From NCBI GenBank assembly GCA_028023455.1, contig JAQFVV010000008.1, positions 8,246,001 to 8,310,000 of the forward strand: a DNA stretch of 64,000 nucleotides. The letters are read 5' to 3'. This document shows, piece by piece, positions 12,768-25,145 of the stretch. Position 1 is the stretch's first letter. Each line of letters starts with the position of its first letter. The notes under the pieces are model-generated. The model did no database searches. It had not been told where the DNA came from and saw nothing but the letters and a program-made list of their open reading frames with translations. Origin of the DNA: Epiperipatus broadwayi. Lineage: Eukaryota; Animalia; Onychophora. The position numbers were made by a program, and so were the translations under genes.

Positions 12768-12977
12768 TAGTTTACATTAAACCTTTTATGTGTGTTTAGG
12801 ACTAACTCATTATTAACTATCAAGTTTTTCGTTGTTCACAAAGTAGTACTGTAGAACCAAATAAAATACATTATACTTTAAATATTCTGCTTTACAAAGT
12901 AAATTTCATTTGTAATCTTAATATTTCTCATGTATATGAGACAAATAAGAGATGCCTGCTTTATTTATCAATAACAT

Positions 12978-13235
12978 TGTAAGGGTAGCTTATAATCTTA
13001 TCAAAACCAGCCTTTATTTATCCACACCACCAAACCAAACCCATTCAAAACATAAACTTAGCTAATAGGTTGTTTGAATATGCACCATCCTTTCTTTTAA
13101 GCACACACACACACACATATATATATATATGATGAAGGTTTGCTTTGTTAAGTATCAAGTTAAACAAACATCACAATGAACTAATTTGTCTTATTTAATA
13201 AAAAATAAAAGCCCTGTTAAAGAAATCATTTAAAT
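12978..13235 (+). repeat. ~260-bp dispersed direct repeat, copy 1 (LTR-like start TGTAAGG)
   Basis: Aligns by eye with 18114-18375. Confidence 0.8.
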
Positions 13236-13240
13236 ATAAA

Positions 13241-14925
13241 TACCAACAATAAATTAATTATCAATGTGTTGTACATCACGAATTAAGACATAGACTTAGT
13301 AAACATAATGATGGCCCACTGTCAAGCCAATCACCAGGCAACCAAGTGTGGAAAATAAAATTAGAATTCTGTTACGTAATTTTATTTTTTAACTACAACC
13401 AATATAATATGCGCAACAATAGGCAACTGCAGCAATGTCAAAAGAAATGGAAAAGCTAGTATATCAAACTCTAGAAACTAAGCGTGGTATAAAAGCAAAC
13501 CCAGTTCATTTCCATTGCCTTTTGTTATTTTTCAAATAATGCATTAACTGCATAAAGCCAATATTCTAAGACCAAATGCAAAAGATGGATGATGAATATT
13601 CTGAATTATCTATATAATTTTTTTAGCGCAAAACCATAAGAGATTATGACCAACATTTAAATTGAGAAAAGTCCGATAAGTTTGTGCAGTTAAATAACTG
13701 AACTGATTTTAAATTGATTTCCATGAAACTGTGCTATTATTCAAACACAGAGAAAGAAGAAATAGAACATTGCCAGCATTTAAATAAAATGATGAAGTAA
13801 CTTCTTATTTTATAAGCTATCAAATTCCAAATAGGAAATAAAAAAAGTTAAATCTGCTGTGCAATGTATTCTGACTAAATTAACTGGGTGCTACTGTTCT
13901 GACCCTGAAGTGTAATGACTTAATCTACTTACTTATATAATGCTAAAGGAACACCAAATGTCATACACTAAATGTCTACATGAATCAAGAAGGAGAGCAA
14001 CTGCAGAAAATGGATATATTATTTCAAGCATGTTGCCAAGGAATTCCAGTGAGTGATGAATAATTTACCGAAAGAGAGTGATCTGAAGAGATAGACAGTA
14101 TCTACAAAATATATTATTGCCAAACTCATGGACATTAACCAAGATAACCTAATGAAAGTTTTGATTTCATTATGTATATATATTTTTATATATGTAAAAT
14201 TCTAGTTTTATTTTATTTCCACACTTGGAAGCATGTCTACAAATTGGAAGGGTCCACTATAAGTGAAAGCAACAAAATGAAGGAGGGGGGAATTATTAAG
14301 TTACATAAAATCATTTTTTTATTTATGTTAAATAAAGTTTAGATCAGCTTCAACTTGACATTCTTCATCATGATATGGAATGAGGTAATATCTTTAAGAT
14401 TAGTCCATATTAAGAACATTCACTTATTACAGGACAGAGTTCATGTTATTTTTTCATTATTAACTAACAATTATTTATATTTATCTTTTTGGTATGAATG
14501 ATTAATCTCCTAGTGTGGAAATTTTTCCTATTAACCTTAGGGTACTGTACATAGATAGGGGAGTTCTCAAAGAATATGGAACATTACTAATTTGAATTGG
14601 ATAACAAGGCTACTGTGGATATACATGTATAATATTGTAAAATTAGCACAAGTTAGTTTTGCGTCAATTTAATAATAAATTTTTTATTTCCTTTGTAAAT
14701 AATTAGTACTATGATATGTATTTCTATCATGGGTAAGGGTTTGGAATAGTGAACACATTTAATTGTTGATATGGTAGAAATAAATCATCAACACACACAA
14801 TTATATTGTTATATCATGTTAAAAAGTTTTATATTTTTTTTGTTTTGTTATTTAATAAACATTGTTAACTTCATTTACATTAAAATGGTCTCTAGTTTAT
14901 CAAAATCATTTACATATTCATTTGT
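13241..14925 (-). mobile_element. ~1.7-kb repeat, probably a decayed hAT transposon, copy 1
   Basis: Aligns along its length with 23487-25145. Minus-strand ITHWNSLATCL resembles the hAT TRWNS motif (~14030-14060). Confidence 0.6.
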
Positions 14926-14939
14926 CAACCAATAACCGA

Positions 14940-17600
14940 GTACATACGTATGTGCACATCACACTCTTATATAAGGACACAGTAATATGCATGGATGGAT
15001 CTTTTAAATCAATTGGAAACTATGTAGAAATGCAACAGTTTCTATCTAGTGTAAATTCACCTCTGAAGAAAGATGAAGGCAGATTTCTCCCTGAGTTTGA
15101 ATACTAAGGCATAACAGAACCTGAAGGTGGGATGAGGTATGGATGAATTAGCCCAAATTGTATAGAAATTTAATGTGTAAACACAGAGCAAGCCCATTGG
15201 AGGTAGATATCACATCAGTGACCACACCCTATCCAAAGACCCTAGGTCTGACCAAAGCAAGATGTATTCCCTCCCTTTTGTGATAAAACCCTGACCCATT
15301 ACATCTGGCATCCAAACTTTAGGTGCATGAAACAGAAAGTTTCTAAGGATGTCCAGACATTGGACTGGTAAATCAAAACAAAAAAAAACATTTTTTTCTT
15401 TGAACTTATTCTTGTCCAAATTTTCCATGATATTCAACCCTGATGAACGAATACTCATGAACTTAAATCATTTCCAAGCAAGTACATCAAAAAAAGGAAA
15501 ACCTCATGTGAAACATTGAATGCAAGTTAACTGATGAGGTGACAGGCAAATAAAAAAACAGACTAAAAAGTAGGCATTAAGAATAACATATACACAAAAA
15601 ATAGAGAGAAGTTAAACATAAACACTGAATGACGAGGAGTAGCAGAAGGCCCTATTGCCTATATCTACTTATATCTCCAAAAAAAGAAATAACTTTATAC
15701 TCAGCTATTGTAAAGAAGTTTGATGATAACCAGAAGTGGAAAACATTTATCAAACATAGATTTGAAATGTTCTGAAGGAACACAAAGTAGTAGTGATGCC
15801 AGGTGGAAAATGCTACTATTAGCAGTGGGAAAGGGTCTTCTTAGATCCAAATAGCTGGGGATCTATGACTGGAGTTAACCCAAGAAGCATTCGATAATGA
15901 GATAGCTCAAGTATCCAAAATCGAAGTAGCACAGGCTATAAGAAATTAGATGACTTTAGAACAAATGTTCCAAATGATCATGAGTAGTATGAAAGAAGAA
16001 ATAACAGTAATGTAAGCAGTATGAAAGAACAAATGAATCATAGTATGAACAGTAACATAAGCAGTATGAAAAAAGAAATGAGCAGTGTGAAGGAAAAGAT
16101 GAACCAAAACATGAGCAGCATGAAGGAGAATTTAAAGGTAAATATTAATAATGTTAGGGAAGATTTAAAAATAGAAATAAAAGATATAGAAATTAGATTG
16201 CCTGCCAACTTGAAACAATTTTCAATAAGCATAAGTAGTGTCCAAAGGGACAATACCAAAATGAAGCAAGCACTGGGTAAGATGAGAAAGAAAATAGATG
16301 GAGGATGTGAAATGCCAATGGTGATTTAAGGAGTTCAAGAATAGCATCATTAGTTGGTTAAACATTAAATGTGATGAAGTGTATAGAAGCCAGGAGGACA
16401 TCCACTTGAAGATGAACCAACTCTATCCATGACAAAACATAGAGACAGTGAGGCACAATGATTGAATCCCACCTATACCAAAAGACACCAGTCATTGAAG
16501 TGTGACAGACTGAGATGGATCAAAGAACCCAGAATAGTAAGGAGAGATGGAACAACACAGGGAACAAACTAAAGATTGCCATCAAAGACCCAACTAGAAT
16601 GAGTGACCAGTGCCATGAATTCAAAATGTACTCCAAGTACAAGGTTTGTAAATATGGTAATAGCCTTTCAAGCAGATCGATATCAGCTCAAAGGACTACA
16701 CCTGATGAAAACTGTCTTAACCACCATATCAAATTGGGAAGGTTGGATAAAAATGATAGGTCTGAGACCATCTTAGATGTCTGATATGGTACCTAAAATC
16801 CCACCACCATAGAACAAATGATCCAAATAGAGAAATTCAGTGGATCATAATAGTGAATATCACACCAGAAAACACTAAACAGAAAAGTTCCTGGTTCCAC
16901 AAGTTATGCAATACCTATGAAGGTCCTTTCACATTCATTAGGCATATAAATGTTAGTGCTTAAGCAGCAAATATTAAGGATGGATCTCAAGGATTGTGTC
17001 CTAAAACACAAACAGGACAAACACAAAGGAACAAACCCAAATATAATGTTTTAAAAAAGAAAACAACCAATGATGACACAAGGAAAAGATGTTCAAAGAC
17101 AAGCATGGAATGAATAGATACACCTACATGTGTCACTAAACCACAGCATCTGGCCATTCAAGCAAACAAGGTTATAGACCAACCAAGCAACCCAAGAGGC
17201 CATGAAAAGCAACTAAATACCAACCCAAGGTTAAACATACTGAAAATGATAGAAAAAGGGATATACAAAGAGCATAATATAAGTAGTTTGTGGATTGGTC
17301 TGAGCAAAGGAATAAATGCAAGAACAAAAAATTCATATAAATTTTAAGATAGGAGATAAGGTTTTTATAAAAACACCCCATTTGAGTAAGCAACAGAAGA
17401 AAAAGTACCATAAATTTTACTACCCATATGCAGGGATATTTACTATTGTGAAACAATCAGGTCCAAATGGATTTTGAATAGATGCAGGAGAGATTAGCAG
17501 TACATATAACACCCACATTTTGAAGCCATATTTTGATCAATCTGAATGATGCCATAGTCAATATACTTAGGTATATGCAAGTTAAAAGATAGGCAGGAGT
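14940..17600 (+). mobile_element. Ty3/Gypsy LTR retrotransposon remnant: LTR-like segment, PBS-like site, gag, integrase; RT not detected
   Basis: LTR-like 14940-15303 has a TATATAA box and ends ...ATTACA, followed by TGGCATCC at 15306. Coiled-coil gag-like ORF 16021-16329. Integrase-like FLVPQ..RSFH (~16890), TTASGHSSKQ (~17140) and FKIGDKVFIK..PLSK..KF..PYAGIFTIVKQSGPN (~17340-17470). Confidence 0.78.
15054..15149 (+). ncRNA. Hammerhead-like fold with variant core in LTR-like repeat, copy 1
   Basis: AATTCACCT-CTGAAGA-...-GAATAC-...-GTAT-GGATGAATT. Stem I flanks the core. Stems II and III are weak. Confidence 0.45.
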
Positions 17601-18113
17601 TTTAGTTGAAACAGAAAAGAAAAAGGGAGATAACATCAAAAAAATTGAATAGGCTCATTAATTTGTGATGAGGGTATACCCAAGAAAGCACTCACAAACA
17701 ATTACTGGAATACTTCAGAACTAACTGAGACACAGGAGTTGATCCATACTGAATGATGGATGCTCTAATATTTCATTCACACATTCAAAAAATCTAGTAA
17801 GGTTCAATAGAGAGCAGGATGAAGGCTAATGAATTAAATTATGTGCCTGCAATAGAGACATTACCAGTTGAGTTCAGACCATATGACTATCAAAAGAAAA
17901 AAAGAGAGATCCAAATATAAATCTCATTTTAATATAATGTAATTAATAAGGTAAAAAAAATCATAAAATAACATGGATATAGTTGACAAAGTATCAGAAA
18001 ATAAGATGAGTAGACTTTGTGACCCTTCTATTAAAAAAAGACAACCCAACACTAAATGAACAAGGTCATTATGTAGGTGTTAAAATTTTGATTACAGCTT
18101 AAAATTTTAACCT

Positions 18114-18375
18114 TGTAAGGATAGGGGATTTATAAGGATAGCTTACAATTCTATCAAAACCAGCTTTTATTTATTCACACCACCAAATCAAACCCATTCA
18201 AAACATAAGCTTAAGTAATAGATGATTGAATATGGACTATTCTTTCTTTTAAATGAACATATATATGTGTGATCAATGTTTGCTTTGTTAAGTATCAAGT
18301 TAAACAAATGTCACAATGAACTAATTTCTCTTATTTAATGAAAAATAAAAGCACAGTTAAAGAAATCATTTATAT
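18114..18375 (+). repeat. ~260-bp dispersed direct repeat, copy 2
   Basis: Aligns with 12978-13235. Confidence 0.8.
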
Positions 18376-19169
18376 ATTGTAACCATATGTTTTGGCTCAA
18401 AGATAGTAGGTTTTATCCAGTGGATAAATGTGTAAAATTTTAAATTTTAATTGGTAATAATTTGTTAAGATATTGAACATCAATGTGTAGAGACTAGTTA
18501 TAGAGTGAAATGCTTGTGGATTATAATTTTCCCACTAAGCAAAAGCTCATCAAAAAAATATCTTAAGAGGTGATGATGGTCTTGACTGATTGTGAGAATT
18601 TCAAATGTTGTTTTAATAGTATTAAAATATTATTGGGAAGCATAAAAATATTTAACACTTTATTTTATTGGTATTGTTAAACAATAATTAAAAACAAACA
18701 ATAAAATCAATTTATAAGTCTTTAAAATTTTTTATAAGCAATCTTTAAATATACTATATTTTAATGTAAATTGAAATGCATCAGTCTAGATGATTCTCAT
18801 TAGAGGGATCAAACTTAATTTATTCACATTTTACAGTGATTGGCCCATAATAGAACCAATCCTGCCAGATAATACAAAGTATATAATATAAAAGTTTGTA
18901 GGGGGAGGGGGACTCTCTAAGAAATGTAAATGGAACAAGACTACAGCTCCACTTCTGAAGTAAAATAGAAGAAATAAGCTACAAAATAATAATTTTTTTT
19001 TTTATTAATTGGGACAAAATTTCAGATAGATGGATTTGAATACTATGGAGTAAACTCAATAACCCTGTGAAAATCTCTACACTACTTTCCATCGATCTTA
19101 GATTCTTAACTTTGCCTACTGAAGGAAACACTGGAAGGACCCTATTTGAATAAGTATTTGCCAAAATGT

Positions 19170-20260
19170 ACTATTTGGAACGGAAAATAATCCCAGAAAA
19201 TGTAAGCATTTATTTTTGTCTTCTTTATTTTAACCAATTATCAGAACTAGTTATAACACAAAAGTTATTTAGACTGAAGATTAAAAAAAATTTAAAGTAT
19301 TTTAATTTTCGCGCTGTTATTAATTCAGCATTAAGCAGAAAAATCCGTTTGCGTATAAATTAATATTTCAAGAAAATATTCTAAATCATTTTAAGAAATA
19401 ATGAAGAAATTAAAATTTCACTTTAAATCATATAAAGTAATTAGTTGAAAAAAAAAAAAAATACATAAAATATTTCTTATGTCATTGGGAAGAGACATCG
19501 TCTGCTTTGATATTTCCCTGGGAAGTAATCAGTGACGTATATATATTCTTAATAACTGCTTAATATTAAATCAATTCTATTTAATGAAATAAAGTGCCAA
19601 TAATAATAGTGAATAAAGAAATATTGATTTTTTTTTCTTGATTATACAACATATAAGGTAATAATATTTTAAGTGTTTAAAATTACCCAGATTATTTAAG
19701 ATTGTGACAATTACTGTGGACGAGAAAAACAAAGTAAACAAAATCCATAAATGATTTAAAAGTTATCGTAATAAACTGATTATAATTGCGCTACATTTGA
19801 AAAAAAAAAAGTTACATATTAATTAAAATCGCTTAGAAGATCGTATTTATTTATCGTTAGTAAATAACTTGCAACGTGATAATATTTTAAATGGTTTTAA
19901 AATCATCCAGATTATTTAAGAATATAACAGATCTTCGCGCAGATGAAAGAAAAAAAAGAAGAAAAACAAAAATAGACCAATATATATAAATTAAACCTAT
20001 TTAAATGACTTATTCTCGAAAATGTTTTAATATTACTTCAGTATGCTTACATTAGTACACAAACGATAAAGGATTTCTATTGCCATTGGAGAAATGTTTG
20101 AATTTTGTCTGAAGATGTTATTATTGAACCGGATAACCAATATATATATATATCACTCAGGAATGTTTACTTATCATATTCGTTTTCATGTTGTTTTACT
20201 TATAAGAACGAATCAAACTTCGATAAAGTCCAATGGTAGAAAATGTAATGTTTGTTAGTT
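19170..20260. promoter_or_regulatory. CpG-retaining unique region, candidate promoter or first-exon zone
   Basis: CG dinucleotides are visibly dense relative to the flanks. GTAAGC donor-like sites occur on both strands (plus at 19202, minus at 20050). Confidence 0.4.
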
Positions 20261-20599
20261 TGTTAATTGCTATTTATAATATTGTAATGTGTTTTTTTTT
20301 TTTCATGTGTTATTCAGGTATTAAGTTTTTTTTTATATATCTATATCAGGGTATAGAATATATTAAGTAATGATGTAGATATGTATAAAATTATATACAT
20401 TTATTATCCATATTTATATTATTTTCCCAATGAAGAGAAAGCATAATGGTAAATATTATTTATCTGGTCTGAAAGAGAAATTTTTATCTCTTTCACTGTT
20501 AAAACAGATGTTAACATTATATCGAGGAGGGGAACAAATAGATCCAAACTGGTCAAAAATATACACATACTGATACCATTGTTCTATTATATAAAATAA

Positions 20600-23330
20600 T
20601 TTAATAAGCATTTCTTTTTATTATTGCTTAATTTTGGATTATGAACGAAATGTCCACTTTAAATACAAAATGTAGTTTAATCCTCCTTGTTTACGTGTAC
20701 ATGGCTTGCTATAATAAAAGGTATAATTATTATTTTGAAATAATTAATGGTTATTTTACTGATATTGGTGGTCTGTTTATAAAACATTAACAGTTTCTGC
20801 AATGTGCAATGGAATACTTATGTTTCCACTTAGATTATTAATGTTGTTCTACCTTGCTATTGTATTGATCAGAATTTGTGATAGATTTTAGGATGAGTTT
20901 GGGCTACATATAAGAGCCTTAGATATAATAATAATTAATATTGTACATGGGATGATAGAGAATTCCCCATTGTGATTAATATGAGAGGATGATATTGTTG
21001 AGGCTGATTAAAAGTTAGTGTTTAGAGCATAGTTACGCCTAAAAGAGGCAGATCCCATGGTCTGAATTCTGTTTTCCAGTGGAGAGGCACTGGCCACACT
21101 TTTATACCTATGAAAAGGTATCAGAATTGGCCATATTCTTATACAACTATTATGTTGTTTCTTGATATACAACTATCATATTGTTTTGTAGAGCCTCCTT
21201 TATTTAGATCCCTCAAAAAGTTATATAGTTAATATTCCACCGTGTATGATAAAGTGTAGTGTGTTTTAGATCGAATAGCAAGGATAAGATAGCGTCTGAT
21301 ATAGCTATAATGTTGTCTAATGGAAATAGTGTCTTTCTGATGTTGTGTAATCTTCATCAGTTTATAAACAGACCAACCAAAACTTACTAGTGTTTGTAGA
21401 ACGTCTACATAAAAGAGCAAGGTGTGTACATGGACAATGTGGATTGGTTTTTAACAAGTAGGTATTTACTGATGAATTAATAATATCAGTTAATTAATAA
21501 ATGGTTAAGTTGTGGACATAGTAAATGCTTTTGGTGTCATATGTGCATTGAACTGAGGATGTTTGCCCCACATCAATGCAATAAAATTTTTATGTAGTAA
21601 ATTATAATAGATTATTACTTGTATTGGGATGTGATAATTGCCCTTATCATATTCTAATAACTCAAACAGCTATAATTTGATATAATAAATTGTACTTTAG
21701 AGTTTTTATTTTTTTTATTTAAAAGTTGCGTATATCCAAAGGATTATTAATCCATTTTGTGTGCAATTTTAATGCTAAAATAGCTCAAATAAGTTTAACT
21801 ATCTTAGTATCTACCTGATAGAATAATAAAGAAACATATCCTAAAATGTTTGTCATATTAGTTGGTTATTACTTACCACATCATTAATTACCATCCCTAA
21901 TTTTGGAATAGATTTATCTTGTTTCGTGTAATGTGTCTGAAAGAGACTTGTACATAATGTAAATAAATATTGTTGTGTTAAAAATTTATTTAGTTGTCAG
22001 TATTCTTATTGCTAATCAACACACCCACACATTATATTATTGTTATTGCTATCGACCTATCCTGTGATTGTAATTGTCATCAATCAATATTGTAAAGGTC
22101 ACTATATGTAGGTATATCAGAATACTTGTGTTAAGTCCTATAATTTATGAATATATCTAGGGCATCATAACTTAATAATTAAACATACTAACCTAGAGAA
22201 TATTAGTTTAAGTGATACACCAAAAGATTAAAAAACCTAATATTGGTTTGATCAGTTCATTTGAATTCACAGATCTATCATTCACTGGTCCTGGTCACCT
22301 TATTTCTAATTAATGGAGAAAGAAAGTTGGAAAGCTATTATGTTTAGCTATTGAAAAATTACTCTTACTTATTGGAACTTAAAGTTTAGCATAGTTAGGG
22401 AATGTATAGAATTTATTTAAAATTATTGAATATGGTTTAGTAATTCGATTCAGTATTAAGAGCTATTTTGTGTGTGTTATGCTTGGGTAGTGGTAAAATC
22501 CCTCTCACTGACTCAAGTGTATCTTGTATATCACCCTTTAAGCTATGTGAACCCTGAAAATGATAAATTATATCAATTTGTGATAGGATTGGAATTTATG
22601 GTAAATTTGTATCCAGTTAATTATTGTAATTAGAATGGAATTGTGTTACATTCACCGTGAGATATAAGGTCAACCAAACTTTAAAGTATCTATTACTTCT
22701 TTTGTCTGAAATGTATAGTTGGTTTTGACTTTATGGTGAATATTCTGGTCTTAGTAAGCTTAGAATCTGTATTTTATTTAATTGTCTTATTATCATTTAA
22801 TTCAATGTCAAATTTAGAGTTCTGTACATCATCATCATTCCTCTCATCTGTCATTCCAATCTTTCTTTATTCTCTTTTTCATCCTAATTCATTATCCTAA
22901 TTCACTCATCATTCATTAGCTCTTATTCCATTCTCATCTTAATCATCCATTAACTCTTACACATCTTCATTCTCAGACTCATTTTATTTTATTATTTAAT
23001 TATTACTTATTTTCATCATTCATTTAATCATTTACATCCTCATTTACTTATTGCCTAATTTATACTTCTAATTTCATATTCATTCCATCGAGCTAATTAT
23101 TATTTATTTATTAATTTGACAATAGGAAGTTTATTTTATAATTTTTTGTTTGTTTGCTTGTTGTGGATTTTGAGGCTAGCTTGACCAGAAATTATTAATC
23201 CACCTTGCGATCTTCTCTAAGATTGTAGTTTCATGTGAGCTTAGCTAATAAAGAAATCATCTTTAGTTTATCATTTACTTTAGATATATATTCTAGATTA
23301 GTTGTAGCTAGGAAAGTTACAGAGAAAGAT
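20600..23330 (-). mobile_element. Large decayed Penelope-like element (N-terminal region and RT)
   Basis: Minus-strand motifs in PLE order: acidic low-complexity N-terminus (22800-23050), YDKGN (~21640), LQTLVSFGWSVYKLMK (cf. RPIVSSIGSPTYKLAK, ORF 21229-21420), ITMGNSLS (cf. MGSPLS, ~20960). Confidence 0.65.
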
Positions 23331-23486
23331 ATGATTTCAAAACGTGTAAATTGGACTAGTTAGATTAGGGGGAAAGGCTACAGGTAAGATTATAGCGCCT
23401 AAAATGTGCGGTATGATTTATTTATGATTATAGAAATGTGTAGGCCTGATTGTCCAATGATTAAAGGAGGAAGGTTACAATATATA

Positions 23487-25145
23487 CCAACAATAAATTA
23501 ATTATCAATGTGTTATACATCATGAATTGAGACATTATCTTAGTAAACAGTGATGACCCAATGACAAGCCAATCACTAGGCATCCAAGTGTGAAAAATAA
23601 AATTAGAATTCTGTTATGTAATTTTATATTTTACCTACAACCAATATAATATGCACAACAATAGGTAGCCATGGCAATGTCAAACAAAATGGAAAAGCTT
23701 CATTTCCATCATCTTTTGTTATTTTTCAAATAATGTATTAACTGTATAAAGTCAACATTTCTAAGGTCTAAGGTTGAATGTTCGAATGCAAAAGATGGAT
23801 AACTTGTTCAAATATTCTGAATTATCCATATAATTTTTTTAATGCAAAAGCATAAGAGATTACAAACAATGTTTAAATTGAAAAAAGTAGTTTGATAAGT
23901 TCATGTGGTTTACTAAAATAACTGAAACTAATTTTAGATTGATATTTGAAAAACAGCACTATTATTCAAACATGGAGAAATAGAACATTGCCAGCATTTC
24001 TATAAATTGATGAACCCTTTATTTTATAAGCCATTAAGTGCCAAATAGCAAATAAACAAAAGTTAAATGTTGTATACTGCTATGCAATATATTCTGGCTA
24101 AATTAACAATGCCATAGGACTGGGTGCTATAGTCCCAACCTTGGGAGCATGATGGCTAATCTACTTACCTATATAATGCCTAAAAGAGTACCAAATAGCC
24201 TACACTAAATATCTACATGGATTGAGAAGAGCAACTGCAGAAAATGGATGTAATATTATTTCAAGCCCATTGCCAAGGAATTCCAGCAAGTGATGAATAA
24301 TTTACTAAAGAAGAGTGATCCAAAGAGAGATAGATTGTATCAATAAAAGATATTGTTGCCAAACTCATTGACATTAACCATGATGACCTAATGAAAGTTT
24401 TTGACTTCATTATGAATATATTATTATATATGTCTAAAATTCTAGTTTTATTTCCACACTTGGAAGTGTGTCTACAAATTGGAAGAGTCCACTATATGTG
24501 AAAGCAATGTAATGAGGGGGGAAGGAATTATTGAGTTAGATAAAATCATTTTTTTATTTGTTAAATAAAGTTTAGGTCAGCTTTCCCTTTGTAATGACTT
24601 GACATTTTTCATCATGATATGGAATGAGATAAGATCTTTAAGATTATTCCATATTAAGTACATTCACTTATTCCAGGGCAGAGTTCATGCAACTTGTTCA
24701 TTATTAACTAACAATCATTTATATTTATCTTTTCACTATGAATGATTAATCTTCTCATGTGGATTTTTTCCTATCAACCACTATACATAGAGGTGATCCC
24801 CAAAGAAGATGGAACATTGCTAATTTGAATTGTATGAGGCTACTCTGGATATATATGTATAATACTGTAAATCAGCTAGTTAGCTTTGTGGTCAATTTAA
24901 TAATAATTTTTTTTATTTACTTTATAAATAATTAGTACCATGTTATGTATTACTAACATGAGTAAGGGTTTGGAGATAGTGAACACATTTAATTGTTGAT
25001 ATGGTAGAAATACATCCTTGACAAACACAATTATATTGTTTTACCATGTTAAAATATTTAATTTTTTTTGTTTTGTTATTTAATAAACATTAACTTGATT
25101 TATATTAAAATGTTCTCTAGTTTATCAAAATCATTTATTCATTCA
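23487..25145 (-). mobile_element. ~1.7-kb repeat, probably a decayed hAT transposon, copy 2
   Basis: Aligns with 13241-14925. Confidence 0.6.

Noticed and set aside
16038-16259. Hydrophobic minus-strand ORF
   Set aside because: It is the antisense shadow of the coiled-coil gag ORF.
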